Shown here piece after piece: positions 50,290 through 64,000 of a DNA stretch of 64,000 bases. Every line of letters starts with the position of its first letter. Position 1 is the stretch's first letter. The translations under genes and the position numbers were made by a program. The stretch is from Podarcis erhardii. Its lineage: Eukaryota. A model generated the notes under the pieces. The model saw only the letters and a list, made by a program, of their open reading frames with translations. It did no database searches and was not told the DNA's origin. The stretch lies in the NCBI GenBank assembly GCA_964252035.1, contig OZ176201.1; one strand, 5' to 3'.

Positions 50290-50656
50290 TAACTTGGTTT
50301 CATTATTTTTCCTGGATATTTAATAGCAAGTTGTTACATATTTTTGTTACATTTTATTTTATCATTTTTGTGAACCGCCCATAATTCAATGTTTTTAAGT
50401 AGAATTAAATTATTAAAGTAAATGATGATGATGATGATGGAATATACATGGTGTCCTCACATGCTTCTGGCTAAAAGTAAAACATTGGAAGTATGCCTGC
50501 TGCACACCATGACTGCATGCAAGACAAATGCCCTACTTGGAAGTTATATATAATATGTATTTATAATACACACATTCTGCATTGTCATGTATATACTTGG
50601 TAGGAAGCATTGATAGATGCCAGCTTCCTATGGTGTGTATTATACAACATGTTTTG

Positions 50657-50998
50657 ATTTATTTATTTATTTATTTATACATACATACCCCGCCCATCTG
50701 GCTGGGTTTCTGGGCGGCTCCCAACAAAACACTAAAAACAAAATAAAACTTCAAACATTAAAAACTTCTTGAAACAGGGCTGCCTTCAGATGTCTTCTAA
50801 AAGTCAGATAGTTGTTTATTTCCTTGACATCTGATGGGAGGGCGTTCCACAGGGCGGGTGCCACTACTGAGAAGGCCCTCTGCCTCATTCCCTGTAACCT
50901 CACTTCTTGTAGGGAGAGAACTGCCAGAAGGCCCTCGGCACTGGACCTCAGTGTCCAGGCTGAACTATGGGGGTAGAGACCCTACTTCAGGTATACTG
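50657..50998 (-). mobile_element. L2 3' fragment with (ATTT)n tail
   Basis: Reverse complement of the 32745 family. Confidence 0.88.
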
Positions 50999-52290
50999 AA
51001 TGACCAGGTGCATGTGGGATTCATGCAACTCCTTACTTTGAATTCACTTCAGCATAGGAAGCTTGTTGTACATGAAGCAGCACTGCATGAAAAGCTATCT
51101 GGAAGCCAGTTTATAAGTGGCCTCGATCAATCTACATTACAACAAAGCCCCTGGCATAACTGCTGCTGAGGTTAGTGGAGAAATCCTTCACAGACAGTGG
51201 GGTCTCCAGTGAGCACCATGACACTTTGAGGATAGATGATCCTAAACTGTCACATTGACAAGGTCATTGATAATAAAAGGGCTTGTGCATCAAATGGTTG
51301 ATCATTGTTTCCTAATTGGATGACCTCTTGCTAAGACACTGTATTTCAACACCACATCGAAGGCCAGATTACATGTTGACTGGTATACCATTAGCACCTC
51401 TAGTTTACCCACCTTTCTAAAATGTTCTTCAGCAGACAGGTCAGGTGTTGAAAATTGATGTAAGTTTTTTGGGGGAAAGTTAAGCTTGGATGGAGAAATT
51501 ATTGAATTAAATAGTTCAGTGTCATCTTTCTAAGCAACAATGTGGTTTTCACAGATTGCCAAACAATTACAACATAAGTAGATTTGTGTGCCATATTACC
51601 TAATTCTTTCTAGGCCAAGTTTAATAACAACATTTCCATAAAAAATCCATTGATGCCATTGCTTTTGAAACAATCTGGGAAAAGAATCCTTTCATAATAA
51701 TACACCTGTTTAATGAATGAGCTCTTCTTAAGATTGGAGTTGACATTATACTGATTTACTTTTGGTATATATTCAAATATTCTCTAAAATAGATAAATAT
51801 TTCAAAGCTTACATTCATTTAGAAACTTCCATTTTGTTTTCAATCTGGATACCAAGACCACAGTTAGTATTTTGGAAATGTAGACTAGAGCATCATCTTT
51901 GAAGGAAAGAGACCTAGAATAAACAAGAAGCAGCTATACAAACAATCAGTAAAGAGAGAAAGAATTACACCACTACTGAGCCCATATTATGAGACCAAGG
52001 AGTTAAGAGGCTTTTAAGAGACTGATAAACAATGGGTCACATCAAACCTTTGGTTTGATTGAATCCTCATCAAAACCAGAAGGATTTACATGGGAGATGT
52101 CATATCTCTCTATCTATGAATGAATAGGAGAGCTGCTTCATAACAAATTCATCATACCTATGCTGAAAAGCAGGAAAGAAACAAACAATGTCTGGTACTT
52201 CATAATTGATTCTACTGGCCTCCCATCCTGAGTTTGCAAATATAGGCAGGCACTGTAAATTTGGGGCATTAAAGAGAAAAAAATATTAGA

Positions 52291-52597
52291 AGACACTGAG
52301 ATCCAGCACTGAGAGCCTTCTGGCGGTTCCCTCATTGCGAGAAGTGAGGTTACAGGGAACCAGACAGAGGGTCTTCTCAGTAGTGGCACCCGCCCTGTTG
52401 AACGCCCTCCCTTCAGATGTGAAGGAAATAGCAACTATCTTCTTTTTAAAAGACATCTGAAGGCAGCCCTGTTTAGGGAAGTTTTTAATATTTAATGCTG
52501 TATTGTTTTTAACACTTGATTGGAAGCCACCCAGAGTGGCTGGGGAAACTCAGCCAGATGGGCAGGGTATAAATAATAAATTATTATTATTATTATT
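52291..52597 (+). mobile_element. L2 3' fragment with (ATT)n tail
   Basis: Collinear with 33105-33441. Confidence 0.9.
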
Positions 52598-53901
52598 CTA
52601 TAATGATATATGCCTTGGAATGGGGAAGATAGTTTAATTTCCTATGGATGCAGAAACACTTTCTTAATGAAAGCTAAAATATGAGAGCTGACCCTGCATC
52701 CTTAACTATCTTAGAATAGAGAATATGAATACAGTTGAGAGAGGACTGGTCTCTAGTATATAGGAAAACATGGAAATTGATTGTGGCAGAGAAATCGCAG
52801 CAGTCCAGAATTCACTGTAGACTATCCACTCTTAAAACCAGTTTCCAGATGCACAATATAAACTGTATTAAAACCATTACCCTCAATTTATGGCAGGGTT
52901 GTGTGGCCAAAGTAATGTGCTGCCACTTGTGCAAACACTTTCTGGTCTTTATTTTTCCAGGAACTAATCACAAAGCAACAAATAAACATTGACTCCCAGT
53001 TAGCACTTCTGAATAGTGCTTCTAAAATGACAGATATTAAAAGTAAAGCTCTGATTTTGTATCTACTATTGACAGTCTGGTTTTGAAAAAAGACTATAAA
53101 AGGAGCCACAAGAGAGTATGCAAAATGTGCAGTATTATGTCAGAGAAGCTAACACAAGCTGAGCATGGGGGGGCCAAATTATTTTTGGAATGGTTTGATT
53201 TTATTATTTATATTCACACACACAATATAAACAATGGAGTACCACCATAAAATATCTATGTCCTTTTAAATGTGTTTGTTGGAAGGGAGGTTATTGGTTT
53301 GTTCTTGTTCTTGTTTTTATTATATATTTCGTGTTCTCATTTTGTATCTTTATGTTGTGAACTGCTCGTGATCTTCAGATGAAGGGTAGTATAAAAATTT
53401 AAGAAATAGAAATAAAATAAAATGTCAGAATACACTTACTGGAATGGCTTTTTCAATTCTTGGTCATGTCAGATATACCTGAAAAGAACTAAGAAGAAAA
53501 ATATGAAAAAATACAGTCAGTAGAATCCTATCTATACATAATAGCCCCTGAAACATTATTTTTTATGTTCCTGTAAGTTTTATGATTATGAAACCAATAA
53601 AAATTAATTTAAAAAGGAACTTTTGGTTCACTGTGATTTTTTTAAAGCACCAATCATTGCAGTGCTGAAACTCTGTGTAAGATTTATTTGTGCTAAATCA
53701 AAGATTAATGCAAAAATGTAAAATTAGCAGAAACCCATGCTGTAATATATTGATAGTGTTTTGGAGTAGTATTTGATTAATGAGTCTGTTGATACTCAAG
53801 ATGTCTTGTTTAGGTGTTGGTTTGTGCCCTGTGCTGATTTGTCTAATTTTGGAGGGCATTGCAAATATTTCCCTGCTGAATGTTACCTTATTTTTTTTTC
53901 A

Positions 53902-53953
53902 TCTCTCCCTCTCTCCCTCTCTCCCTCTCTCCCTCTCTCTCTCTCTCTCTCTC
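53902..53953 (+). repeat. (CTCTCC)n(CT)n polypyrimidine microsatellite at the C5orf24 acceptor
   Basis: Pure C/T run ending 5 nt before the end of the intron (cggtag|). Confidence 0.95.
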
Positions 53954-53958
53954 GGTAG

Positions 53959-54528
<570 letters not shown>

Positions 54529-57500
54529 AAAACGAGGAATTAAGTAACATTTCCTCAGTAATTCTTTTTAAATTATCTGAGTTGTGGCATGTTTTTTTCA
54601 CTTCTTTTGTAACATTTCCATAACTTACTTTCCTACATTTTATTTTTTTAAAGATGTCATATCATAATCACTTAATGTTTCTTACGTTCACAAGCGGACT
54701 CCTCAATGGTGCCCTTGTCTATTTCCAGAAAATAATTACTAATATTCTAAGTGTCAAAGTTATTGTCTGGCCATTTTAGTTATGTGGTTAGCAATTCAAT
54801 AGCAGAATTCTGCATCCTAGGTTATTTATAGTCAAAATAAAGACTTGTTCAACAAGTAACCAGAAGTAAACTAATAGAAACCAATTATTCAGGACAGCTT
54901 TACCAGGAATAGTTCTGTAAAGTTTGCAGTGTATGTCTCTTTTTTCTTTTTCTTTTTGTTAATAGGAGGAAGTAGAAAAAGAACTAAATTTTCCACAATG
55001 GCTGGAACTTAACACGGACCTCAATATTTGTAGATACTTCAAAATTTCAAAACTATATTTTTTAAAAAGTGGTCATTCCAGGCAGTCATTGCATTAAAGT
55101 GCTATCAGTTTCAAGTAATCCAAACATTAAAAAAAAGTCCTATGTAGCACCTGATATATATCCAAAGTGCTATTTTTCCATTAAAGTATGGTAGCTCTCC
55201 TGCATATGCTAACTGTTGGACACTGACTTACAATTTATAAAAGCCTAAGACTACACATACCAAATCAAAAAGAATTAAATATTTGAAATATTTTATAATT
55301 TAACTTCTAAAAAGTGCTATCAAATATGCAAATAATGTACAGGTGTAGTAAAAGTTGTGGCTGAGATTCTGCACATTTGTGTGCTCCTAAATCCAGTCCA
55401 TTTCAGTGACATTTGGCATACACAGATATATGTGAGATTTGCCCTTTGTTCTCAGATCTGTCAATAAATATACACATTTTAAGTGACTGCAATATCTGCA
55501 TAGATGGCAGCAGTTTTTTAGGATTTCAAATATTTGGTGTGGTTGAAAATTATACCTTTCAGATAGATAATCTTGTCATGTTTAATAATTTTGCCAGTGG
55601 AAGTCTTATTTATCACACATACTGTAGCTAAGAGAGCGTATATCTACCAAAGGATGACATTTCATGGATCATAATTGGAAATGATACAGTTGATGCACAA
55701 GCAAGTTGCAGTTTGATGTGTTTATAGACCCCAGATATATAACAAACTATTGGAATACATCTATGCATGGAGGTGCAGAACTATACATACATTTTGACAT
55801 TTTGTGCACCTAAAATAAATGTTCTGCATTGAATTGGGTATGTGTTGTTATTTTTTAAAATGTGTATGTGTGAGAGAGAGACAATGTATAATACACACAT
55901 TACGTTGTAACTGAATAAACTCTCAATATTGAATATATTCCAAATATTTCTTTAGAACTAAAGCTATTCTGAAAATAAGTTTACATATAGTTATAGATTA
56001 AAAATTTAAATTTGTATCTTCAAATACGCAAGAGAGAGGTTATAGATAAATATTTGCAAATTCATGGGGACAGACTTCTTTCAGGTTAATTAGAGAGATG
56101 AAAATGAACAGTATTGATTCTTTTCCTTTGTAAGATAAATATTGTGGCCTGCTGACATTTTGATGACAACTCTGATTTTAGTAATGACAACTTAAGAAAT
56201 GGATGTCATTTCATGCCTTTTTTATCAGGAAAAAAGCAGCAAGCCTTCAGGTGTTCCAGTGATGCCTAACTCATAATGAGCTGGACTTTATCCTGTATTT
56301 TATAATAGGTGTGTTGAATTGTTTTGGGGGGACTTTGTATGCACTGGCAACCTTGAACCTCAACAGTACTGGAAGGCTCTTTAGTCATGTAAACTAATGG
56401 CAGCTAAATGCTGGTAAAATACTTTTTTGCTGAAGCTATGAAGTCCATTATATATTTCCTCAAGAAACTTCGGAATATGAAACTCTTATTAATTTTCCCC
56501 ACAGTGGTGCAACTTCTGACACACACAGTGCTAATGTGAGTTAGTTCACCCTCAGGACATATATTGTGTTGGCTGTTTTGTTAGATGGTTCTTTTTTTTC
56601 CAACCCAGAGGCTGCTTCAGACCCTTTCTGAACTCTCTCTAGGAAAGCAGCTGAATGTAAAAACTACAAGAACGGCACACCTTACTGGCAAGGAGCAAGT
56701 TGCATGTCACCAATGTACCTTTGAGTAACTCTACTTACCTCCTCCTGTTTTTTAAAGCTACCCTTTTATTTCTCACGTGTGCATCTCCTCAATGGTGTCG
56801 TGCAGTGTGTTGGGAGACAACGCAGATGCATTATTGCTCTAGTATAATGAATTTTGTATTCACATATGCTGAGAAAATAATGAACTCATCTAAGCAATTT
56901 ATGTTCATTTATAGTGCTTATTAATTATATCATATGGAAAACTTACCCATTAAAATAACTTAATATTGTAAGTTGGGAGGGGGGGCCAGAAAAATCCTCT
57001 TTCATTTCTCTAAAGGGCAGTTTAACGCCTGGATTTGTTAATGAGGCCAGAAAAACACTGTTGGGCATTTCTTGATTCCAGTTCATTTTATCCTCTACTG
57101 CGGTTTACAAGTGCCATGCTGTGGGGGAAAACAGAAGTCAAGAACTTGAGATGTTTGAATGGTATATTCAAATATTTTTGCTACTCCTGTATATAATCTC
57201 CAGAATACATTGTGTTTTTCTTTTTCTTTTCTTTTTTTGTAACACTGTCTCTTGTCATGACAAACACTGAAACAGCATGTTAATTCCTATACTTTGATAT
57301 TATTGGAGATGGGGAGGAGGAATGTCCCTTTCTTCTTGTAGTATTAATACATGATTTGTAAAGCAAATTGATAATTTTATATTATATACCTTAATTCTGC
57401 TCTTCATAAGCTAGGATTGTTGATATGTATTGGCACTGTTCAGAAAATCTACATGTCAAACTTGTGTTCACTTTTCTTTTGATTTAAAAATAACCTTTTT

Positions 57501-58570
57501 CACCTTTTGATAAAGCAGTTAGCATAATTAAGCATTAAGAGAGATCTATACTACAGCCGCTATTTTAAACACTTACAGAAATTGCTGTTCACTTTCTGGT
57601 GAAATTTACTTAAACTGTAGAACCAAATAATTTTACTTCTATTTTTGAAGTCTTGCACTGGATATTTTCAAAATCTTTACACACACACACATACACACAC
57701 ACACACACACACTGCTGTAAGTTTAATTAGGGGATAACTATTGTGAAGGTAGCATTTTAAAAAAGACTGGTAATTTTCTTAAATGCATTCATGTTTTGCA
57801 AGTTTTGAGAATAGAACTTCCTGGTCAGGACTCATCTGGCATTTCTGTTTTGCAGTGGTCCATTTCAATTATGTTTTGAAGTTGCTTTTGGTCTTGGGAC
57901 AAACCCAGCAAGTCAGGATAATGCATATGGGATGAGATATTCCCTGATCTACAATACAGAAGGCAGTTAATATCAGAGCATTAACTTTTGCCTTCTTTTG
58001 AAAGACAGAGTAGTAGAGATAACTTTACAGCTTTTTCCTAAGTTGTCATTCTGGTTTTTATTACTGTATGTATAGAGCAGCATCAATCAATTTATTAAAT
58101 ACAAAACAGTTTATTGTAATCAAAGTTCTTGGATTCCACTTATATTCACATTATGTTTTATTATTATACATATATTTAACATAGTTCAAACATTATTATA
58201 CATGTAAGAAAATACTAGAGCGGCCTTTCCTTCTGATTTTTTTCCAGATAGATAAATCTAGGTTCTGCGATGTGTAATCTATTTCATCTTGAAAGTTATA
58301 GTAATTTTATGAAATTTTTCAGAAATCTGCTTAAATGGGCCATTTTAAGATTCTCATCTTTCACTGTTTGCTTTTCTGATGGGATGGGTTATTTTGGTGG
58401 AAACAGTTGCTCATTAATTATCACCCTGTCTTCTGCTGTAAAAAGTCTGATTAGATACTGTGTATGTTCTTATGTCCATGAACTTCAGCTACTCGTGTGC
58501 AATTGTCTGTATGGGAATGGAGTAGTGTTCATGATCTGTATTTACGTCATCATATGGATGTATATTTATT

Positions 58571-58576
58571 AATAAA
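58571..58576 (+). terminator. C5orf24: C5orf24 candidate distal polyadenylation signal
   Basis: AATAAA at the end of the repeat-poor block; U/GU-rich downstream; proximal AATAAA at 54836, 55463, 55814 and 55914. Confidence 0.55.
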
Positions 58577-59767
58577 GTAATTGCTTTAAACACCAAATAA
58601 CTTTATTACTGTATGTTTTATATTCTTGCCACCCCACCCCCACCCCCATACAGTATAAGTTGAAACCCAGCAAACACCTGTTAAATTAACCAGCTTTGCA
58701 GATGAATGAAGCAACTCTTCAATTGTTACGCATAATAAGAAATGGAAGGTTTTGAATTACTTTTTTATATGCTTTCCGTCGCTTGTTCTTTTCTGGTGAT
58801 GGATATATTTTCCAAACAAAAATAATTCCCAACTCCTTTCTCTCCCCCACTTTATTTTCTGAAAGTATTAGGGATTGGGCCCACCATATAGGGATTACTT
58901 ACTCCCTTCCTGCTTGTTGTTATCTCCAGGCCAGCTTACCCATCATAATTAGGATACTGGGCAATGCAGATAGTCTTAGTGGCCGTAAACAGCAATACTG
59001 CAGCCCCACTATTTCTTGAAAGACTTTCAGAAATGTTATAAGACCACCTTGCATTAATTTTAGTGACAGTTCAAACCTTGGTTTGAGTGACTTCAGGTTT
59101 TTCATTTATCTGAACTTAATTTATTATATGTATGTTTTCAACTTACATCAACAGACTTGCTCTGCAATTTGACAAGGAAAACATTTTTACAGTGGTATTA
59201 CATATAGAGGAGGGGTGGGGAACTGGATCAGATCAGCAGGCTGCATCCATATCTGAGCCACCCTCTGCTGACCCCTTTTGACTGGCAGATGTCATGTGAC
59301 AGCCATTTATTCAAACTCCAAAAGGAGGAATCAGCAGCACGCTCAAGTGCGCTCCTGAGACTTCCCTTCTTCCTTTGTAGCCTTAGCTTGAATTGAAGCT
59401 GCTACTGCTGCCGCAAAGACTCTAGCAGAAAGCAGTGCTAATTGTACATCCTGTTTTGACAGGGATCAGCTCCACTTGGGTGCTCTGATTGGGAGCTCCT
59501 GAGTGGAGCTGACCCCAGTGGTCTTTGCATTTAAAAGCACTAAATGCAAGTCTTGCTTGCCAAGGAACAATGCAGAGCACACTTTAAGACTCCTGGTGGT
59601 TTCTTTGCAGTTGTGACTTTACCTGCCGCACACCTGTTACCATAAGAAGTCAGGTGTGAGGCAGGTGAGTGTGGCTTGGAGAATACAGCCTTGTAGGTTA
59701 AAATTGGGATCCTGGTGGGCCTAATTTGTCTTGTGTGTTGGATGCTTCCCATCCTGATAAAGAGAAA

Positions 59768-59880
59768 GGGGATGTAGTTCAGTGCTTTGCATGCAGAATG
59801 TCCAAGTTTCTACCTTAGCGTCTCCAAGTTGGATTGGGAAAGACTTGTGTCTGCAATCCTGGAGAGCTGCTGTTAGTCAA
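59768..59880 (+). mobile_element. tRNA-derived SINE, second family, decayed
   Basis: TTTGCATGCAGAATGTCC...CCTGGAGAGCTGCTG shared with 44365 and 62485. Confidence 0.55.
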
Positions 59881-62297
59881 TAGGTGATATATAGTGTCAT
59901 GTGAATGGACTTCTTCCCCACCCCACCCTACAGAGGAAATTGGGGGGGGGGCGGCTGCAGAAGGGAGGAGGACCTACAGCGGCTATTATTTATTTCATCT
60001 ATGAATCACTTCCCACGAGGCATCCCAAAGCAATTTAGAATATTTTATTATGTTGCATGTCACCCAGTGTAGATAATTGTGAGCTAATACCAGATTCTTA
60101 ATCCTCTTCTTATTCTAGATTCTTACTCCTCTTGCATTCAAAATTTTAGAGACACCCAGCTAACAATGGTGCTATACTATAGTGCTGCTCATGCCATTTT
60201 ATGTAAGACACTTGATACAATTTTGCTTAAAATTTAGAATATGCAGGGTTATATCTGATGTATTGCTAGATATGTTGTTATGAGTAGTCCTCTTTAAAGA
60301 TTTCGGCATTCCTATTTATCACTGTGATGTGGCAAAGTACCAATATCAATAATAATTAGGGGGAAATCTGAACTATCAAAATTTAGCATTGTTCCTGTTG
60401 GCTATGGTAATTATGGGTCAGTAAGAGGCTTTTATCCGAACAGCTATATTTAAACAATTGACCACCTTGGTGGTCTACACACCGCTGAGTATTTACTGAT
60501 AACAAGACAGAAAAAAATGTCAAAAACTGCACCTTAAGTTGTCATTCAGGTACATAGGGTGGGGGCAGAAACCATTCTATGATTTTTTTTAAAATAGCAG
60601 AAAGCAGCCCCCACTTTTTTATGCAAATCACAGCTGTTAGTTAACTGTTTCAGGATAAGTTACTTAATATTCCATAAACACCATGAATTGAATCCAAATG
60701 AACTTACTTCAACAGAAGATCCAATCCCATATGGGTCCCATCTCCAATGTAAGATGGGAAGGCATTCACAAAGTATATCATTTATGCATGGACATGTAAG
60801 AGTGTGGATCAAAACTGAACATCTTTTTTGGTCCCAAGCACTGCATTTCATGGTGGGACAGAGACACACAGCAGATAAAAGATAATTATGTGTGCTTCGT
60901 GTCTGAAAAGCAAATTGCCAATAATGTGAACAATTGAAAGTATTTAAGAGCAACATGCTGCCTGGGGTTGATGGGATTTGGAGCTCAGCAACATCTGGAG
61001 GGCCACAAGCTCCCCACTCATGATCTTAAATATCCCTTTCAATTGTTCACGTTATTGGCAATTATCACCTTTGAGTTTCTGATCCCAATGAAGCAGACTA
61101 ATTTTCAAATAAACTGCAAGATACAACTGCTAACCAAACCTGCCTTAAACAAACCTATAATTTCCAGGATCAAGTGCCTGGATAAAAGGGCCTTTTCTTT
61201 TTCTAAGGCATGTTTTCTTTTGCATTTTTCCAGGGTTCTTCTTTATGTTTAAGTAACCCCAAAAGGATATTCTATAGACTCAGAGTTTTTTTCATCTACA
61301 GTAACCTACGTTCTAAGTTTGTTGTAAGTTATGTCATTGTAAAATCTTCCAAAGATTAAAAGCAAAATATAACTTGCAAATGAGAGCACTTTAGATTGTT
61401 AACAGTGTCTAAAGGCAGATGGGTATCTTTCTGTACCACTTTCTGGCTTCTTTGGCATAATATCCATCTAATGAATAAGTTAATACTTTTTGTCATGGTA
61501 GAAATAAATACAAAACCTAGTTTATTTGGAACATACAATTGCAAACAGTGTGCGGGCAACTCTATTCTGTTTCGGAATTCTCATAAATTTTACATTAAAG
61601 TGCACTGAATTTGGGCCATATCAAGTCTGCTGGGTAGCTATGAAAAGAAAGAGATGATGTATGAGAGTCTTGTTATCCAACAGTGCCAAAGTAGGTTGTT
61701 TCATATGCTTCCCTAGATAAACAATAATCTATGGACTATTCATGTTCCTTTGCTGCATCTCTCCCATTATATTTGTTATTGGATAAAACAATCAAACAAA
61801 CTTTGGTTTAAGAGAAAATTTTACACGCTTAGGAATTTAATTCATGTGCCAAAAGCAAGGCAATTGCAAGTTAAGCCACTCTACCCTAACTAACGAGTCA
61901 TGCTTGCAGAAAAATGCATTCTACAAGCTCTTATGTTGTACTTACTTAGAAAAGCATTTTGATCCTAAAATAGCTTTTTGTTTTTAATGAATATTTTTTG
62001 AAAATGGAATTTAATTAACCTAAGGCCAATGATTGTGACAACTTGTCTATAATACATAACTCTGCAGTGATATAAAGTATTGAAAGTCACAGTATCTCAG
62101 TAATTAGATATTTCCCCTGCAAGGTAGGCCATCTTCATATTGTTGATGTTTTTAGTTTGTTTCTAGTTTGTCCTGTAGTCCCATTTGATTAGCTGTCAGT
62201 AACATCTGGAGGGCCAAACTTTCCCTACTCCGACTGCAGAGCAATATGCAGCAGCATGCCCACACATGAGCACATAGACCAGACAAACCACTTGAGG

Positions 62298-62430
62298 TAG
62301 CACAAATGGTTTAACTTTAATGTGTCGGGCTGTTAAACAGAAGGTTGGTGGTTTGAGCCTACACAGGGACAGCTGTGGGCAGGATTCCTGCATGACCCTC
62401 AGGGTCACTTCCAACTCTATGATTCTATGA
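62298..62430 (+). mobile_element. tRNA-headed SINE with CR1-like tail, decayed
   Basis: Degenerate A/B boxes; tail CTTCCAACTCTATGATTCTATGA. Confidence 0.65.
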
Positions 62431-62484
62431 TAATCATTTTTGTATGCAGGCTTTGGAATTATCATAGGCATATGGAAAACTATC

Positions 62485-62646
62485 TTATGCTGAATCAGAC
62501 CATGGGTCTATGTAGCTCAGCATTGTTTACACTAGCTGGATTTCAGGCAGGGTTCTTCCCCAACTCGTACCTGGAGATGCTGAGGACTGAACCTGGGATC
62601 TTCTGCATGTAATGTAGATGCTGTAAGCCTGTACCACAAAGTTATG
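62485..62646 (-). mobile_element. tRNA-derived SINE, second family
   Basis: CCTGGAGATGCTGAGGACTGAACCTGGGATCTTCTGCATG is a reversed B box and body. Confidence 0.65.
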
Positions 62647-62718
62647 ATCTTCAAATGTCTGTAAAATAAGTTCCTATATTGTGCCTCACAGTCTTCCATT
62701 GGAAGTTATTTCTATGTA

Positions 62719-62967
62719 CTGTATTGGCCTGAATATAAGCCTCACTTCTTTCCCAAATTCCGACCATGAAAAGTTAAAGAGTGGCTTAAATTCGTGACCT
62801 TACAAAAACTGGCTTTTACAGTATCACTGCTGAAACACATACAGTAAAATGGAACGGGTGTGAGTGCCAGCGGAATTTTAAGGGAGCAGCTTATATTTGG
62901 ATATTGTCTTTTCTCTCTCCCCCCCCCTTGAATTTTAAAGGTGCAGCTTATATTCGGGCTATTACGG
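62719..62967. mobile_element. Tc2-like MITE
   Basis: TA-CTGTATTGGCCTGAATATAAGC ... GCTTATATTCGGGCTATTACGG-TA. Confidence 0.8.
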
Positions 62968-63204
62968 TAATATAATTAGAATAAAGGCTAATTAGCATAG
63001 ATATCAGCACAACACAGTGGGTGAATCTTTGGGATAATCTAGGGGTCCTTTGGTCATGTCACTCTAGAATATTGCTTACATGTGAGGACTACAGCAGCTT
63101 CAAACATTAGAATCAAATTGGTTCTGCTAGCTCCATGTTGGAATAACTGAGCATTTTACAGGTTAAGTGTGGCCACTGTTGGTCAGATCCTAGCCAGTAT
63201 AATG

Positions 63205-63751
63205 CATAGCTGTCAAGTGTCCCTTATTTGAAGGGACAGTCCCTTATTCCAGCGCCATGTCCCCCTGCTGTCCCTTATTGATGGATGTCCCTTAAATGAT
63301 GTCCCTTAAATTTCAAAGGAAGCAGCTCCTCTCCCTTCCTCCCTGCTGTGTTGCTTGGCTGTGTTGCTCACCCAATAAGAAGTCTAAGAACGACTGGGGG
63401 GTGGAGCTTGCATGCCTTGTGTGTGGCTAGTTAATGCAAGCTGAGCGGGGTTTTGAATGCTGGGCGCCATTTTGTTGCACATGCTGCTGCAAACTTTGCA
63501 GTGCAAAGCCAGGCTGGGGAGCCATCTTAAGTTGAGGCTGCATAGGCCTTGTGGTGCATGTGATTCAGATTCTATTCAGTTGAACCTCTGGTTACAAAGT
63601 TGGTTGGACAGTGTTCTTGAAGCTACCCAGCATGAGTTTGACCAGACTGCAGGAGGACAGGAAGACTGGAGTGCCTGGAACAGGTGAGGCTGCAGGTCCC
63701 TTATTTTGGCTGCTGGTCCCTTATTTTCAAATCTGTAAGTTGACAGCCATG
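63205..63751. mobile_element. hAT (Tip100-like) non-autonomous element
   Basis: TIR CATAGCTGTCAA / TTGACAGCCATG; perfect 8-bp TSD GTATAATG (63197-63204 and 63752-63759); repeated subterminal GTCCCTTA motifs. Confidence 0.92.
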
Positions 63752-64000
63752 GTATAATGTGTGGTAGAAATAACCAAATAAATTGGCTTCCTTAATATTA
63801 TCACAACAGTATTTCTTAGAAGTTATTTTTCTTTCATAATAATACTGAGGACAATATTGTCAAAGCACCAAAATAGCCATACATTTAAAGCAGATTATTT
63901 CACTCAAAGAATTCTGGGAACTTTAGTTTGTTAAGAGTGCTGGGAATGCTAGCTCTTTGAGGGATAAACTATAGTTCCCAGGATTTTTTTGGGGGGGGAG

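Noticed and set aside
58600-64000. Expected start of TXNDC15 from human synteny
   Set aside because: No CpG island or matching exon within the window.

Overview
Squamate (probably lacertid lizard) genomic window with two + strand genes. The first is a complete 23-exon DDX46/Prp5 splicing helicase gene (CDS 1731-37290; 3102 nt, 1033 aa plus stop). The second is C5orf24 (UPF0461), with a CpG-island first exon ending at 46058, a single coding exon at 53962-54528 and a ~4 kb repeat-poor 3' UTR. Introns and spacers carry many non-autonomous or truncated elements: Sauria-type and other tRNA-derived SINEs, L2 and CR1 3' ends, Tc1/mariner, hAT and Harbinger-like MITEs, and five Penelope-type pseudo-LTR remnants. 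No intact transposase or reverse transcriptase gene is present. The most notable signals are a nearly intact minimal hammerhead ribozyme in DDX46 intron 19, a GC-AG intron plus several alternative splice sites in DDX46, a strong-context poly-Ala uORF, and a 188-codon open frame spliced in frame to C5orf24. I found no clearly new multi-gene system. Gene calls rest on recalled vertebrate protein sequences and splice-frame arithmetic; no database search was run.
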